Positions 38,971 through 49,904 of a DNA stretch of 64,000 nucleotides are shown here, one piece after another. The DNA comes from Novakomyces olei (taxonomy: Eukaryota). The DNA lies in contig JADEYG010000001.1 in NCBI GenBank assembly GCA_016906335.1, positions 682,001 through 746,000 on the forward strand, in the 5' to 3' direction. The notes beneath the pieces are model-generated. The model was not told the origin of the DNA, made no database searches, and saw only the letters and a list, made by a program, of their open reading frames with translations. A program made the translations under genes and the position numbers. How positions within the stretch are numbered: position 1 is the stretch's first letter; the number at the start of each line of letters is the position of its first letter.

Positions 38971-41900
38971 ATGACTCCTCGACGCGAACAGCCGTTTGCT
39001 AGTGACTCTGCTGAGCCTGTGGCTCCTTTTGCTCGCAGCAACTTTGATTACGAACTGCCAGAGTCAGGCAGTGGCACCAATCGCTGCTCCAAGGTTGGCA
39101 GCCATTTTGATTTCAGGCCGAGTCCTATTCTACCAACAACTCCGCCCGGCCAGCAGCATAGAATGGGCTCAGTAGGATCTGGATTCTTTTTTCAAGAACA
39201 GCAGCAACAACAACAGAATCCAGAACTGAATCAGCAGCCATATCAAACCCAATACCGACCGGCTCCAGTCCCGGCTTTACCGCTTGACAAATGGTTAAAC
39301 TACCCTCACTCTGACCTGGCTGCCACGCCAGCGTTCCCCCCTTCTTTGACGGCTACTCGTGGCCATCATTCACCACCGTTAAGCCCTACTCGCACGGCAA
39401 TTCAGTCGCCTTTTGCACTTGACAATCCCCTGTCAATGTCGCCTTCTTCAGGGAAGCAGCTCACTCCGCCTTACGGCAGCAGTGTGCAGGTAAGTGACGT
39501 GAAAAGCCGAGAAGACTATGGATTCTTTCCAAGACCAGGCTTGCCAGAGCAAAGCAAGAATGATGGTAAGCGTGATCCTTCTTCGCTGCTCGCATCCGTG
39601 GACAAACTGAGCCTTTTCGATCGGGTTCATGAGGAGAATGATTACCTTTCTGCCAAACCATGCTCCACGGCAATGGACAACATGCCTCCTTCACTGTCTC
39701 TGCCAGGAGCGAGGCCATCAGGCTCAGTGATCAGCGGCCAATCTCGTCAGTTTGCTCACACTGTCGTCCAGCAGCCTAAACATATTCTCTTCCCACAGAG
39801 TTCAGGTGCCAATTCCGGACCGGCAAGAGACTCTCCAGATCAGAGCAGTATGTTTATGCAGATGGCAACAACGGACGGCCAGTTTCCCGTTCTCGTCAGG
39901 AACGCAAACGGCAAGAATAACGAGAGCAATAGTGCAAACAACCCTACAAGCATTAGCAACAGCATTAGCAATAGCAACAGTAATAGCAATAGCAATTTTG
40001 TGAGCCATTCTTCCGCTGTTACGGGTTCGATTCCGGCAGCGAACCTTCCGCCACCGGTGCTTGGCTCTCAAGAGGGAGAAAGGGACGCTTTCCCCATGTC
40101 TCCCGCACTAAACTGCAGCGATACAGAAAAGTCGAGGCTCTTGCTCGCTCGGGAACCGCCGCTGTTCTCTTCGCCACATCTTTCCCGCAAACTGTCAGCG
40201 CCTGTGCACGTGTCGGGATCATTGGGACTCGCTGATCGACAAGGGACTGAGTGTATTCCTCAGGGCAGTGTTGTACGCACCAGCGAAGGGCCTTTTGCCT
40301 ACTCGGCTGTTGCAACTCCGCAGCTTGCCAATTCGCCTTTTCTCGTCTCCTCACAGTCTCAGACACAGCCACAGCCACAGAATGTTACCCCACACGGTGC
40401 CTTTACACGTCGCAGCACTGAGCCCAATCCTCCAGGGTTTTCCAAGGCAAAGTCTCCTGGCAAGATGGCTTTGCCAGGAGAGTCTATAAGGCCAGGAGAG
40501 TCTATAAGGTTCCGGCAGGGAGCTGCAAACTCAAACCCTACTGGTCTGGGAGCAGCAGCAGCAGCAAATCCGGTGGCAGTTGGCACAGGCAGTGGCAAAG
40601 AGGATTCTGCTCTCTCTGCAGACCACAATCTGGGACAGTTCCCACTCGAGAAGCACGTAGGCCGAATCCACGAGCTTTGCCGTGACCAGCATGGCTGCAG
40701 GTACTTGCAAAAGCAGCTGGACGAGTGTGAGCCAGAGTATACACGTATCGTGTTCAATGAGACGATTGATCAGATAAGCGATCTGATGGTTGATTCCTTT
40801 GGAAACTACCTTTGCCAAAAGCTGTTTGAGCACTGTACGGATGCTCAGAGAGTCGCTATCCTGAGAAAGATTGCTCCTGACCTGGTCAAGATCTCGCTCA
40901 ATACTCACGGCACTCGAGCAGTGCAAAAGATAATAGAGAATCTGAGTACGAACGAGATGGTTAAAATATTTGAGGATTGCACTGCTCGGCACGTTGTCAC
41001 GCTGATCAAGGACTTGAATGGGAACCATGTAATCCAGAAATGCCTGAACCAGCTGTGTGGCGGAGGCATTCAGTTTATAATTGACGCCTGTGCCTACCAG
41101 TGTGTTGCTGTAGGCACTCACCGGCACGGCTGCTGTGTCATTCAGAGGTGCCTGGACCATGCAAATGGAGCACAGAGGCAGCTCTTGATCTCCAAGATTA
41201 TAGAGAATGCCCTCGGCCTAGTGCAGAATGCCTATGGCAACTATGTAGTGCAGTACATCCTGGACTTGGAGGAGGATGCCATCAACACGGACGTTTGCCG
41301 GCGGTTCAGTGGGAGTATCAGCTCGCTGTCTGTGCAAAAGTTTTCCTCAAATGTCATTGAAAAGTGCATCCGCGTCTCCAGTCCGGCAGTGAGAGCCGAG
41401 ATTATCGACGAGCTCATGTCGGGAGACCGACTGGACCGGATTATCCGTGATTCCTTTGGCAACTATGTCGTGCAAACGTCACTGGAACAAGCTTGCCCTC
41501 AGCAGAAACGGCAGCTGTGCCAGCTGATTATGCCTCTTGTGCCCTCGATCAGGCACAATCCACACGGGCGCCGTGTCGCCAGCAGAGTGGTCAATATGTA
41601 CAACAGATCGATGGACAGGTACGCAAGAAGCAATAATGGAGCTGCTTTTGTTGGCGAACTGTCTCCTTTAAACTCAAACAGACCACAGCTTAACCCGAGC
41701 GCTGCTGCTGCTGCTATCGCTCATGCATCGCTGCAAACATCCGCCGCCCAGGATGAAAGAAGACGGGGGTTCGGGTCTGGGAAGCAACAGAATCCAGAAC
41801 TGTTTGCTGCTTTTGCTGGGGAACGGTCTGCTGTTGCTCCTTCTTCTTCTGTTTCTGCTGTTTCTGCTGCTCCTCAGAGTAACAATAGGCTCGGCGAGAA

Positions 41901-42084
41901 ACAGGCGGCTGCTTCCCTGCCGCTTACCCGCCGGTCTTATTCCTTTGTCGCCAAAAACGAGGGCGTCAGCGATAGGGAGGCTGCTCTGACCGATTTCGAG
42001 CTGGGTTCGCGTATGGACTACCTTCCTCACGGCATTTTTGCCGACGGGGAAACCTCTTCAGTTTACAGTAGCCGATACGAGTAA
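38971..42084 (+). CDS. Pumilio/PUF RNA-binding protein of the Puf4/Puf5 (Mpt5) type
   Basis: Eight PUF repeats with recognition triplets CRQ, NYQ, TRQ, NHQ, CCQ, NYQ, SNE and NYQ; long low-complexity N-terminus. Confidence 0.92.
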   Translation: MTPRREQPFASDSAEPVAPFARSNFDYELPESGSGTNRCSKVGSHFDFRPSPILPTTPPGQQHRMGSVGSGFFFQEQQQQQQNPELNQQPYQTQYRPAPVPALPLDKWLNYPHSDLAATPAFPPSLTATRGHHSPPLSPTRTAIQSPFALDNPLSMSPSSGKQLTPPYGSSVQVSDVKSREDYGFFPRPGLPEQSKNDGKRDPSSLLASVDKLSLFDRVHEENDYLSAKPCSTAMDNMPPSLSLPGARPSGSVISGQSRQFAHTVVQQPKHILFPQSSGANSGPARDSPDQSSMFMQMATTDGQFPVLVRNANGKNNESNSANNPTSISNSISNSNSNSNSNFVSHSSAVTGSIPAANLPPPVLGSQEGERDAFPMSPALNCSDTEKSRLLLAREPPLFSSPHLSRKLSAPVHVSGSLGLADRQGTECIPQGSVVRTSEGPFAYSAVATPQLANSPFLVSSQSQTQPQPQNVTPHGAFTRRSTEPNPPGFSKAKSPGKMALPGESIRPGESIRFRQGAANSNPTGLGAAAAANPVAVGTGSGKEDSALSADHNLGQFPLEKHVGRIHELCRDQHGCRYLQKQLDECEPEYTRIVFNETIDQISDLMVDSFGNYLCQKLFEHCTDAQRVAILRKIAPDLVKISLNTHGTRAVQKIIENLSTNEMVKIFEDCTARHVVTLIKDLNGNHVIQKCLNQLCGGGIQFIIDACAYQCVAVGTHRHGCCVIQRCLDHANGAQRQLLISKIIENALGLVQNAYGNYVVQYILDLEEDAINTDVCRRFSGSISSLSVQKFSSNVIEKCIRVSSPAVRAEIIDELMSGDRLDRIIRDSFGNYVVQTSLEQACPQQKRQLCQLIMPLVPSIRHNPHGRRVASRVVNMYNRSMDRYARSNNGAAFVGELSPLNSNRPQLNPSAAAAAIAHASLQTSAAQDERRRGFGSGKQQNPELFAAFAGERSAVAPSSSVSAVSAAPQSNNRLGEKQAAASLPLTRRSYSFVAKNEGVSDREAALTDFELGSRMDYLPHGIFADGETSSVYSSRYE

Positions 42085-43376
42085 GCGAGTGCTGCCGATT
42101 GTATACGGATTTAATTCAGTGCTGTTTTTTTTTTATTCTTTTGTTACACTGACTGCCGGCGCAGTTGTTGTGCAGCATTTGACACGATTTTGTATTGTGC
42201 AAAACAGACTTGGATTTGAGAGTTGGGTTATTGTTGCCTGCTTGCTCAATATATATATATATTTATATATATATTTATTTATATTTATATATTTTTACAT
42301 TATTTATTTCACATGTTATTCTATACATTTCATTCCCAAGAGCGGGGTTAGGGTTAAAATTATTTTATGAGAGTTATCTTCCTTTCTTCTAAAGTGCGTT
42401 GTTTATTGATCACCTCTTCTTACACTATACATATATTATACTTTTTCTTCTTGCGTGCGGTCCTTTTGGAGAATAAAGGGTACGGTGCTTGTGAAACTTT
42501 AATGTACGTCATTGCCTCTTGTCATTGTTCTAATGGTACGAACTGTTTATACGCACACATGAGTATCGGCCATTAGTGTTTAAAAGCTCGCGATATATAG
42601 GCGGACTGAAAAGCCAGCTTTACGGGAAAATGTGTGCCGATACATCGTTGTGTTGCGCGATATTTGTTTGGGCAATCTCACCTGGTTCTGAGATATTTTG
42701 CATGTATATACGTTATCTTACACTCATGTTGGCTTTATTCATTATACATTATAATGTTTCGGATATGTTTTAATTGTTGTACTTGTACACTCTTTGAAAC
42801 ATGTGGTATATATTATGTTTTTAGTTCTGTCTTTATCAAATAATACATAGTTGAATTCAATTATACTTTTCAATTGCTCACTAGAGCGAACAAACGGTAG
42901 TCGTTCCTCGTAATTTTGCATGATTTTGTTTGGTTGCTTACAGACAGACGTAATTAGTAAATTTGTTCTGAACAATTTGTTCTACATTTAAACAATCACA
43001 ATGTCTATTTATATTTTAACATTTAAATAATCATTATATTCTAAAATTAAATAGTTAAACAAAATACAAACAGCTTCTTATGGTCCACATTAGAAGCATT
43101 CGCTCAATCATGTTTGCCATAGATTTGATATGGATTTATGGCTTTACTAAACGCAAAGACTGAACAAGTTCCCAGCCACACTGTTCTTAGAATGAATGCC
43201 AATATATATATATATATATAAAATACTAAATTCCTTTACTCTGTTGGATCATATTAATGAATATATAGATATACAATGGCGATCTGTTTAATATTGGGCA
43301 ATGCAATAGAGCCAAAGTTAACGCTAAACAGAATTTCTATATACAATTCCCTTCCCAAAACAAACGCTTTTCCCCC

Positions 43377-46300
43377 TCACGACCCATTGCCAGAATCAGG
43401 TTCCTGAACTCTGACTGAATTATTCTGCAAATTTAAAGACTTGTTCACAATTGATTGAGCGGTATGAACGAGTGAAGAATCTTCTTTTGAGCGATAGAGT
43501 GCCGTATAAAGCTGCGACAAATTTCTGCGGGCGGCACAGTACTTGAAAGGCTGATCAACAGGACCCGGAAGATGAGCATTTCCGCAAATTAAACAGCGCT
43601 GGATCGGTAACAAGCGTATTGGACACGATCCAGGATTGTGCACGTTATTGCACAGTTTGCACTTTTTAGCATTGGGATAGTTTGCAGTTTCTTTTGCCTT
43701 TTGAGCAACAAACTCTACCCAATAATTGTTGCTTGTGGCAGCCAGACTCGTCTGCAAGTTGTTCACATCCAAGTTTGATTTATCATGAACCAAGTTTTGA
43801 TTAATAGAACCCAAATTTGGGTTTATAGAATCCAAATGCGATTCATCCGACACAAGAACCGGATTGGTCGAGGGTTGGATATGCCTATTAGAATTTAGAG
43901 GTGCGCTATTTGCATCCACGTCATTTCCCAAACTCACGCCTGGTTCATTCAAATTCGAATCAGGCTTATGCAGATTCGTGTTTGCTGGTACTTTTGCGGG
44001 AAAAGAACCAATCGAGTTCGATGACAAATGAGGTGGATTAGGAGCAAAAGCAGTCTCTGGACGAGACACAGGATAGGAAGTCAGAGCATACGGACGAGAA
44101 TTGAGTCTAGACTTTTGCAAATGATCCCAATCAAAACTGCCAATCGGATGTGTTGGAATAAGACGGGAATTGCTGCCGGCCTCTTGAGAGGGTAACAAGT
44201 AAGCAGGATTTGAAAGTGGTCCGGCAAAGTTGATATTAAGTCCTGCAGGAGTATGTGTGAATCCCGGCGGATTGGACTGTAGATTCTGCTGAATATTAAT
44301 ATCCTCCAAAATCTGTAAATCTTCGTTCCCAGCTTCTTCTACGGTCGAGCTTTCTTCAGACTGTTTGTCTGACGCATCAGGCTGGAAATCTTGATCATCA
44401 TCGAATGCTCCACCTCGAGAATCGGCAGTCTCTGCTTCCGCACTGTCTTTAGCCTTCTTTTTGCTCTTTTTATTCCTATGGTCCTCCACGAAATCAAATT
44501 CATTGTAATTCACTCGTTTTCTCTGCCTTTTTGTAGCTAAATGCTCAGCTTCCAATTGCTCTTCGTTATAGAGCTGCCTTTCCTGCAGCATTTTCTGCCA
44601 AAAGTCATTGTCCTCTACATCCTGAGCCTCGCTCAATGATTGGTCGTTCACGAGATCCAGTCTTGCGCCGGTCTGCTGTTGCTCGGTCATCCAGACTTTG
44701 GAGAAGGCAAACGCGTTTGCCTCTTCACTGTCCTCGTTGTCTCCTTCTTTTTCTACACCTTCGTCCTCTTCTCCCCGGCGGGATAAAAGGCGAATGATCT
44801 CCGTTTCAGTGTACCGTATGTCCCGAGAGTTATCGCCTTCAAAGAGCGCTTTGGCCCCAAATCGCAAGAGCGAAGGCAAATCCAATTCTTCCTCCGTATT
44901 CTGCTCCATTCCACCCATAACAACTCGGTCCAGGATCAGCTTCTTTTTCGCCATTTCCACTGTCTTTTCCTCCACTGTGCCAATAGTCATCAGGGACATT
45001 ACCAACACCGGTCTTTCCTGTCCAATTCTATGCACCCGTGAAATTGCCTGAATATCCTGGTGAGGATTGAAATCTGGATCGTAGATAATTACTGTATCAG
45101 CAGCAGTTAAATTGATACCTACTCCACCGGCTCTTGTGCTCAGCAGCATTATAAATATCTCTGGCTTCGAGTTGTATTCGTCAATCAGCTCAAGGCGCTT
45201 ATCCGCTGCCACTGATCCGTCTATCCTTCGGTACTGATAGCCCTCGTGGTCGAACCAGTCGCCCAGAATATCAAGCGTATCAAGAAACTGAGCAAAAATC
45301 AGGACCTTGTGCCCGCCGCCATCTGACTCTTTCAGTTTGGGCAAAACCATCGACAAAAACATGGTTTTAGTACACGCGTTTACCAGTGTTTGCATGGCCT
45401 CCTGCTTTTCCAATTTGCGATCTTCTATTTGTACGTCATAAGTGAATGGGTGGGAAAGCAGGCGTCGCAAGGACATAAATATATTAGACAGCGAGGTTTT
45501 CGAGCTGTGCATCTCGTTTCCCACCGCTTTTATATTGCCCAAAAGCCGGAAATTTCGGCTCAATATACTCTTGTATATTTCTTTCTGTAAGCTGACCATT
45601 GATAAGGGCACAATTATCTCTTTTTTAGGAGGTAAATTTTTCAAAGCGTGTTTTTTAACCCTTCGTAACGTCAGTGGCCTTAACTTGTCGTGCAGTGTTT
45701 TTATTTTCTCCTTATCGAATTCCGTAGTAATATCCGCATAGTACTCCTGTAGGCTCGAAGCATCAAGCCCTGGCTCACAGAACCGCATCAGGTTCAACAA
45801 CTCTCTCAGATTATTCTGCAGCGGAGTCCCTGTCAGGAGAAGGGAGAAGGTATAACGCAGCCTCATTAATTTTGTAAATAAGCTTGTTTTATCGTTTTTT
45901 AGCCGCTGACCTTCGTCAACGATTAAAGCGTTCCACGAGTGCGTATTAAACATCGAAAAATCCGAGTCAAGTAGCTGGTAAGTAGTGATAATTGCATGAG
46001 TTTTCAGGGAATGATCCGTGTTGTATATATTATATTTCTTAATCATATTCCGCTGCCGTTTGCTGCCCGTATAATAACAAGCAACAAAGCTGGCAGGCGC
46101 CCATTTTCTCCATTCGCGAATCCAATTGTAAATGGTGGAATTGGGAACAACCACTAAGAAAGGCGCTACATTATGCCTTTCGAAAATAACGCTTAAAAAC
46201 ACAATTGTTTGTATAGTTTTGCCCAAGCCCATATCATCTGCCAAAATGCAGCCCGACCGAGAGCTTTGAGGAGCAGTAAACCACTTGTAATACAACCAAT

Positions 46301-48227
46301 TTATTCCGTCCATCTGATGATTGAGCAATTGCAAGTCTTTCCCAAGATAAGAAGGCGCCTCTTTGATCTCCAAATCGGCAAATTGCTTTACAGTTTCGGG
46401 TTTCTTTGTTTGCTTTGCACTAACACGCGTATGCTTTGTACGCACATAGTGTGCGAAAGCCTGCCGAAGCGATTCTTCGTACTCTGCATCGCGAGCATGA
46501 TCTTGATCGTGCTGCAGGATTTCTACTGTCGCGTCCTCGTAGGGTAAATGTGCCCATTTGACTAGACACTCTGATATTTCATTAAAAGCCTTAATTTCAG
46601 ATTCGTAGTTTCTATATTGGGCAATGGATTTTGACCTGCTATTGCCAGCCAGTGTATCCTGTCCATAGGTAACGTCCAATAACTGTTCTGCCAGACAGTA
46701 TTGAGGAGGAACAGCGTCTTTCATGTTCTTTATTGGCAGAGTCTTCAGTTCATCAAAATTCCGCTTTTTGGTTGTAGATTTTGCGTACAAAAGTGTTCCA
46801 GAAAACCATTCGGTTTTACGGTAAGACAAATTGTGCAACTTGCAGACGTATCGCCGGCAATATAACAATTTTTCACGCTCGTCAAGAACTCTTTCAACGG
46901 CTTTATTATTCCACTGTTGCCATCCCAGTATTGTTTCAACTTCGTTTAGGCCCATTCTGCACTCATCACACGTCCAATGTTCGAGAAAATGTTTTTCCGA
47001 TGTTGATGAGGGGGAATTGGCTATTAATTTATCCCACAAAGCACCGCGGGAGCACTCCCTGCACCGGAACAACAGGCGATTGTGCTTGTTTAAATACAGG
47101 GTTTTTTCTGGCGGTAGATTGCCTGCCGGTTCGTCTAATGTGTTTGCAGCCGTGTTTTCAACCGGTTTCTCTGACCTCTCTGCCAAATCAGAATTTGTAT
47201 CCGGTGCCTTTGTAATTTTGTCCGTTTCTGGCTCTTCCTTCAAACCTTTTTCGTCGGTTGGTAACGGCAGCTCCCTCAAAGTCGAGTCTTTGACCGTAGA
47301 CAGGGATTCACTACCGCTTTTGCTCTGCGATGTGTCTATAAATATAATTTCTTGGTCGTCTTTATCTTTGCCTTCGTCTACAGAATTTTGATTCTCGTCC
47401 TTTTCTGTACTTGGCAGCTTTGGCTCAGAACTGTCAGCTACAGAGTCCAAAGTGCTACTATTTTCTTGTTCGCTTTGTTGTTCGGAGACCCGGGAATCAT
47501 GATCCAAAAGTTCTGCAAGAGACCGGCAATTTGGGCCCCGTAGAGCAGATATGAAACAGTATAGAAAGGGCCATTTCAACCCCCTTCCAACGCACGAAGG
47601 ACACCTCCATAAAATTTGTCCGTTTTCCCCTTCTTCAATCTCGCCTCGAACAGTTCTACTGTCAGCTGGAGCAACACATGTTTCATAATGGAAAGCGATA
47701 GAGCAGCCCTGACATAGAATAAGGGGCCCACGAGACTGTTGATCACAGAAAGAGCACCAGCTGTGATGATACTTTATGAATTTTGCATTATATTTGTATA
47801 AGAACGCAGAGGGAACGGGACGATTTAACCTTTTTCTCCTTCCAAAATGATAAATCTCACTTTCGTCACTTGATTCGTCGCTTTGCAGCTCAACTTCTCC
47901 ACCCTCACTCGACTCTGAAGTCGCAGTGGAAAAGCTTCTGTCGTCAAGAAGATCAATCGTTTTGGTCTTGAGCGTTTTGAACTCCGACGCGTCCTCTTCA
48001 TCGTCCTCATCACTAACAAGAGTTCGAACTTTTCGTGCCTTGGCTCCACTTGGCCGAAATGGTGTTTCAAGCAAGATATCAGACGAATCGCTTCCATCAA
48101 ATTCCTTGCTCGGAGATGTTGCTACATCAGCAGCCGAAGGATCAATTAATGAAGGCGGCCATGTTTTGGCGGTCTCTAATAACCTCGCTCGCTCGGGATC
48201 TGATGTGTCGATCTCCACAGAGAACAT
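43377..48227 (-). CDS. mit1: Mit1/Mi-2-like SNF2 chromatin remodeller (PHD, degenerate chromodomain, SNF2 ATPase, C-terminal Zn-binding motif)
   Basis: PHD CSFC...CQGCSIAFHYETC...CPSC; motifs LADDMGLGKT, VDEGQRLKN, LTGTPLQNN, STRAGGVGINL and QAISRVHRIGQ; C-terminal CKLC..H..G.CP...CLICGNAH. Confidence 0.85.
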   Translation of the reverse strand: MFSVEIDTSDPERARLLETAKTWPPSLIDPSAADVATSPSKEFDGSDSSDILLETPFRPSGAKARKVRTLVSDEDDEEDASEFKTLKTKTIDLLDDRSFSTATSESSEGGEVELQSDESSDESEIYHFGRRKRLNRPVPSAFLYKYNAKFIKYHHSWCSFCDQQSRGPLILCQGCSIAFHYETCVAPADSRTVRGEIEEGENGQILWRCPSCVGRGLKWPFLYCFISALRGPNCRSLAELLDHDSRVSEQQSEQENSSTLDSVADSSEPKLPSTEKDENQNSVDEGKDKDDQEIIFIDTSQSKSGSESLSTVKDSTLRELPLPTDEKGLKEEPETDKITKAPDTNSDLAERSEKPVENTAANTLDEPAGNLPPEKTLYLNKHNRLLFRCRECSRGALWDKLIANSPSSTSEKHFLEHWTCDECRMGLNEVETILGWQQWNNKAVERVLDEREKLLYCRRYVCKLHNLSYRKTEWFSGTLLYAKSTTKKRNFDELKTLPIKNMKDAVPPQYCLAEQLLDVTYGQDTLAGNSRSKSIAQYRNYESEIKAFNEISECLVKWAHLPYEDATVEILQHDQDHARDAEYEESLRQAFAHYVRTKHTRVSAKQTKKPETVKQFADLEIKEAPSYLGKDLQLLNHQMDGINWLYYKWFTAPQSSRSGCILADDMGLGKTIQTIVFLSVIFERHNVAPFLVVVPNSTIYNWIREWRKWAPASFVACYYTGSKRQRNMIKKYNIYNTDHSLKTHAIITTYQLLDSDFSMFNTHSWNALIVDEGQRLKNDKTSLFTKLMRLRYTFSLLLTGTPLQNNLRELLNLMRFCEPGLDASSLQEYYADITTEFDKEKIKTLHDKLRPLTLRRVKKHALKNLPPKKEIIVPLSMVSLQKEIYKSILSRNFRLLGNIKAVGNEMHSSKTSLSNIFMSLRRLLSHPFTYDVQIEDRKLEKQEAMQTLVNACTKTMFLSMVLPKLKESDGGGHKVLIFAQFLDTLDILGDWFDHEGYQYRRIDGSVAADKRLELIDEYNSKPEIFIMLLSTRAGGVGINLTAADTVIIYDPDFNPHQDIQAISRVHRIGQERPVLVMSLMTIGTVEEKTVEMAKKKLILDRVVMGGMEQNTEEELDLPSLLRFGAKALFEGDNSRDIRYTETEIIRLLSRRGEEDEGVEKEGDNEDSEEANAFAFSKVWMTEQQQTGARLDLVNDQSLSEAQDVEDNDFWQKMLQERQLYNEEQLEAEHLATKRQRKRVNYNEFDFVEDHRNKKSKKKAKDSAEAETADSRGGAFDDDQDFQPDASDKQSEESSTVEEAGNEDLQILEDINIQQNLQSNPPGFTHTPAGLNINFAGPLSNPAYLLPSQEAGSNSRLIPTHPIGSFDWDHLQKSRLNSRPYALTSYPVSRPETAFAPNPPHLSSNSIGSFPAKVPANTNLHKPDSNLNEPGVSLGNDVDANSAPLNSNRHIQPSTNPVLVSDESHLDSINPNLGSINQNLVHDKSNLDVNNLQTSLAATSNNYWVEFVAQKAKETANYPNAKKCKLCNNVHNPGSCPIRLLPIQRCLICGNAHLPGPVDQPFKYCAARRNLSQLYTALYRSKEDSSLVHTAQSIVNKSLNLQNNSVRVQEPDSGNGS

Positions 48228-49904
48228 GAAGTCGCTCAGTGAGGCATACGCAATCACGCAAAGTCTTCAAAGAACAATTCTTCGACTAATGGTATTAGGG
48301 TTAATGATCAAGGCGCCGAGAGCCGATTCGCGTCAGGGTGACAAAGGGCTCGCCGAGTCTTTGCAAAGCGTCTTTTGTACTTGTACTGTTTGAATTTTTA
48401 GATATTGTCTATTGGAATATCCTTATCAATATCAATAACAAGTGTTTTACGTATGTAACCCTTTTAATGGATTTTATTTATTTTCATGGTCCACACATAT
48501 TATTGATAGTCCACCGTACATTGTTATGCCCCATACAATAAGCATAAAAATACTTGTCATACTGCCTATAATTAAGTCATATATTGTCCACAGATTTATA
48601 ATGCTAATATATTACAAATTAAACACAATATAAAAGATTACACTGGACGAGCTTTAATACTCTTAAGACATAGTATTGTATGCAAACCTTCAAAGTTTTA
48701 GTTACGTCAATCAGTGCAAGAGTAAAGAAGAGAAATTTGCTTCAATTGTGCGAGATTGAATCAAAATAAGCAATGTCCACCATGCTATCAATTCTAAACT
48801 ACCGTACTAATTGATGAACTCTTCCAGAGTAAAGCAGAGCGGCAAATCAATCAAAACAGAACGAATCGAGCACAGCGAGTAACTATTGCTATCCGACTTT
48901 GCTTGAGCCGTTTTTCCGCGTCTATTTCGCATTTTCCGGTTTCTTTTGAGACGGGTGAGTTAATGTTCGATTACCACACAACATTCAAAGTAAGCTGAAT
49001 GGATTCTCTGTAAATTGGAGGCGCAGTGGCAGCCCCTCATTAACGCGGCTATGATATTACTTTAGTAAAGCTCCAGCTGAAGAATAAGACCGAGTACTCT
49101 GTACATGTGAATGGCATTAGTAGTATCCGATCTCTGACGCGCTCCGTCGCGTAACGCATAAGCCCATGTTTACGCGACAGACCGTGCCTTTAACCTAGTA
49201 ACTGCACACCCAATCAGAATCTTGACAGGTTTTTGATAGTTTCCCAATCAGGAAGCGCTATTACCCGGAGCCTTGCGTGGGCTCGTCTCCTTGACAGCGC
49301 GTTAACAGGCCATGAGAGCTTACAAACCGATATGCAACGGACCATTTGTAGCCAAGTGAGACAAGCTAAGATGACAGTGAGACATTTAGATTTACAGCCT
49401 TTTGCAAAATGGAAATTCAGTATTGACAGCACCATTGTATATATTAAACGGATACAATTTCAAGATTAGATATGAGCGAGGCAATAAGCACAGCCAAGAC
49501 ATCTTTACGATATGTGCCGGCGCGTGTTGCGGCTCCGTTCATTAGTCAATCTTTTCCATTTTTTTTTTCATTTATCTTTGTCAAAGGGAAACTGGCGCTG
49601 TATGTCTCTAACGTGGGGGCTGGCATGTACATACATTAACCCAATCGGGAATGTACCCGCCATTTCGCGTGGCTCGAATGTCTGGCTTCGGCTCGTATAG
49701 CAAGCATCCTTATATAAAAGTCGCGGCTCTCGCTCGTTTTTCAATCTCGGCCTTGAGCTGATTGACAAATTTTGAGCATCAACCATCCATCACCTTTGCC
49801 GGAAATTGACCGGCTCAACGAGACTCGAGTCGGGCTCAAGTCGCTTCAACGCTGACCGAATCTAATATTATTTGATTAAATTGAACTAATTTAAATTGAC
49901 TGCT

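Noticed and set aside
40020-40040. tRNA T-loop-like GGTTCGATTCC
   Set aside because: It lies inside the PUF CDS and no cloverleaf can be built.
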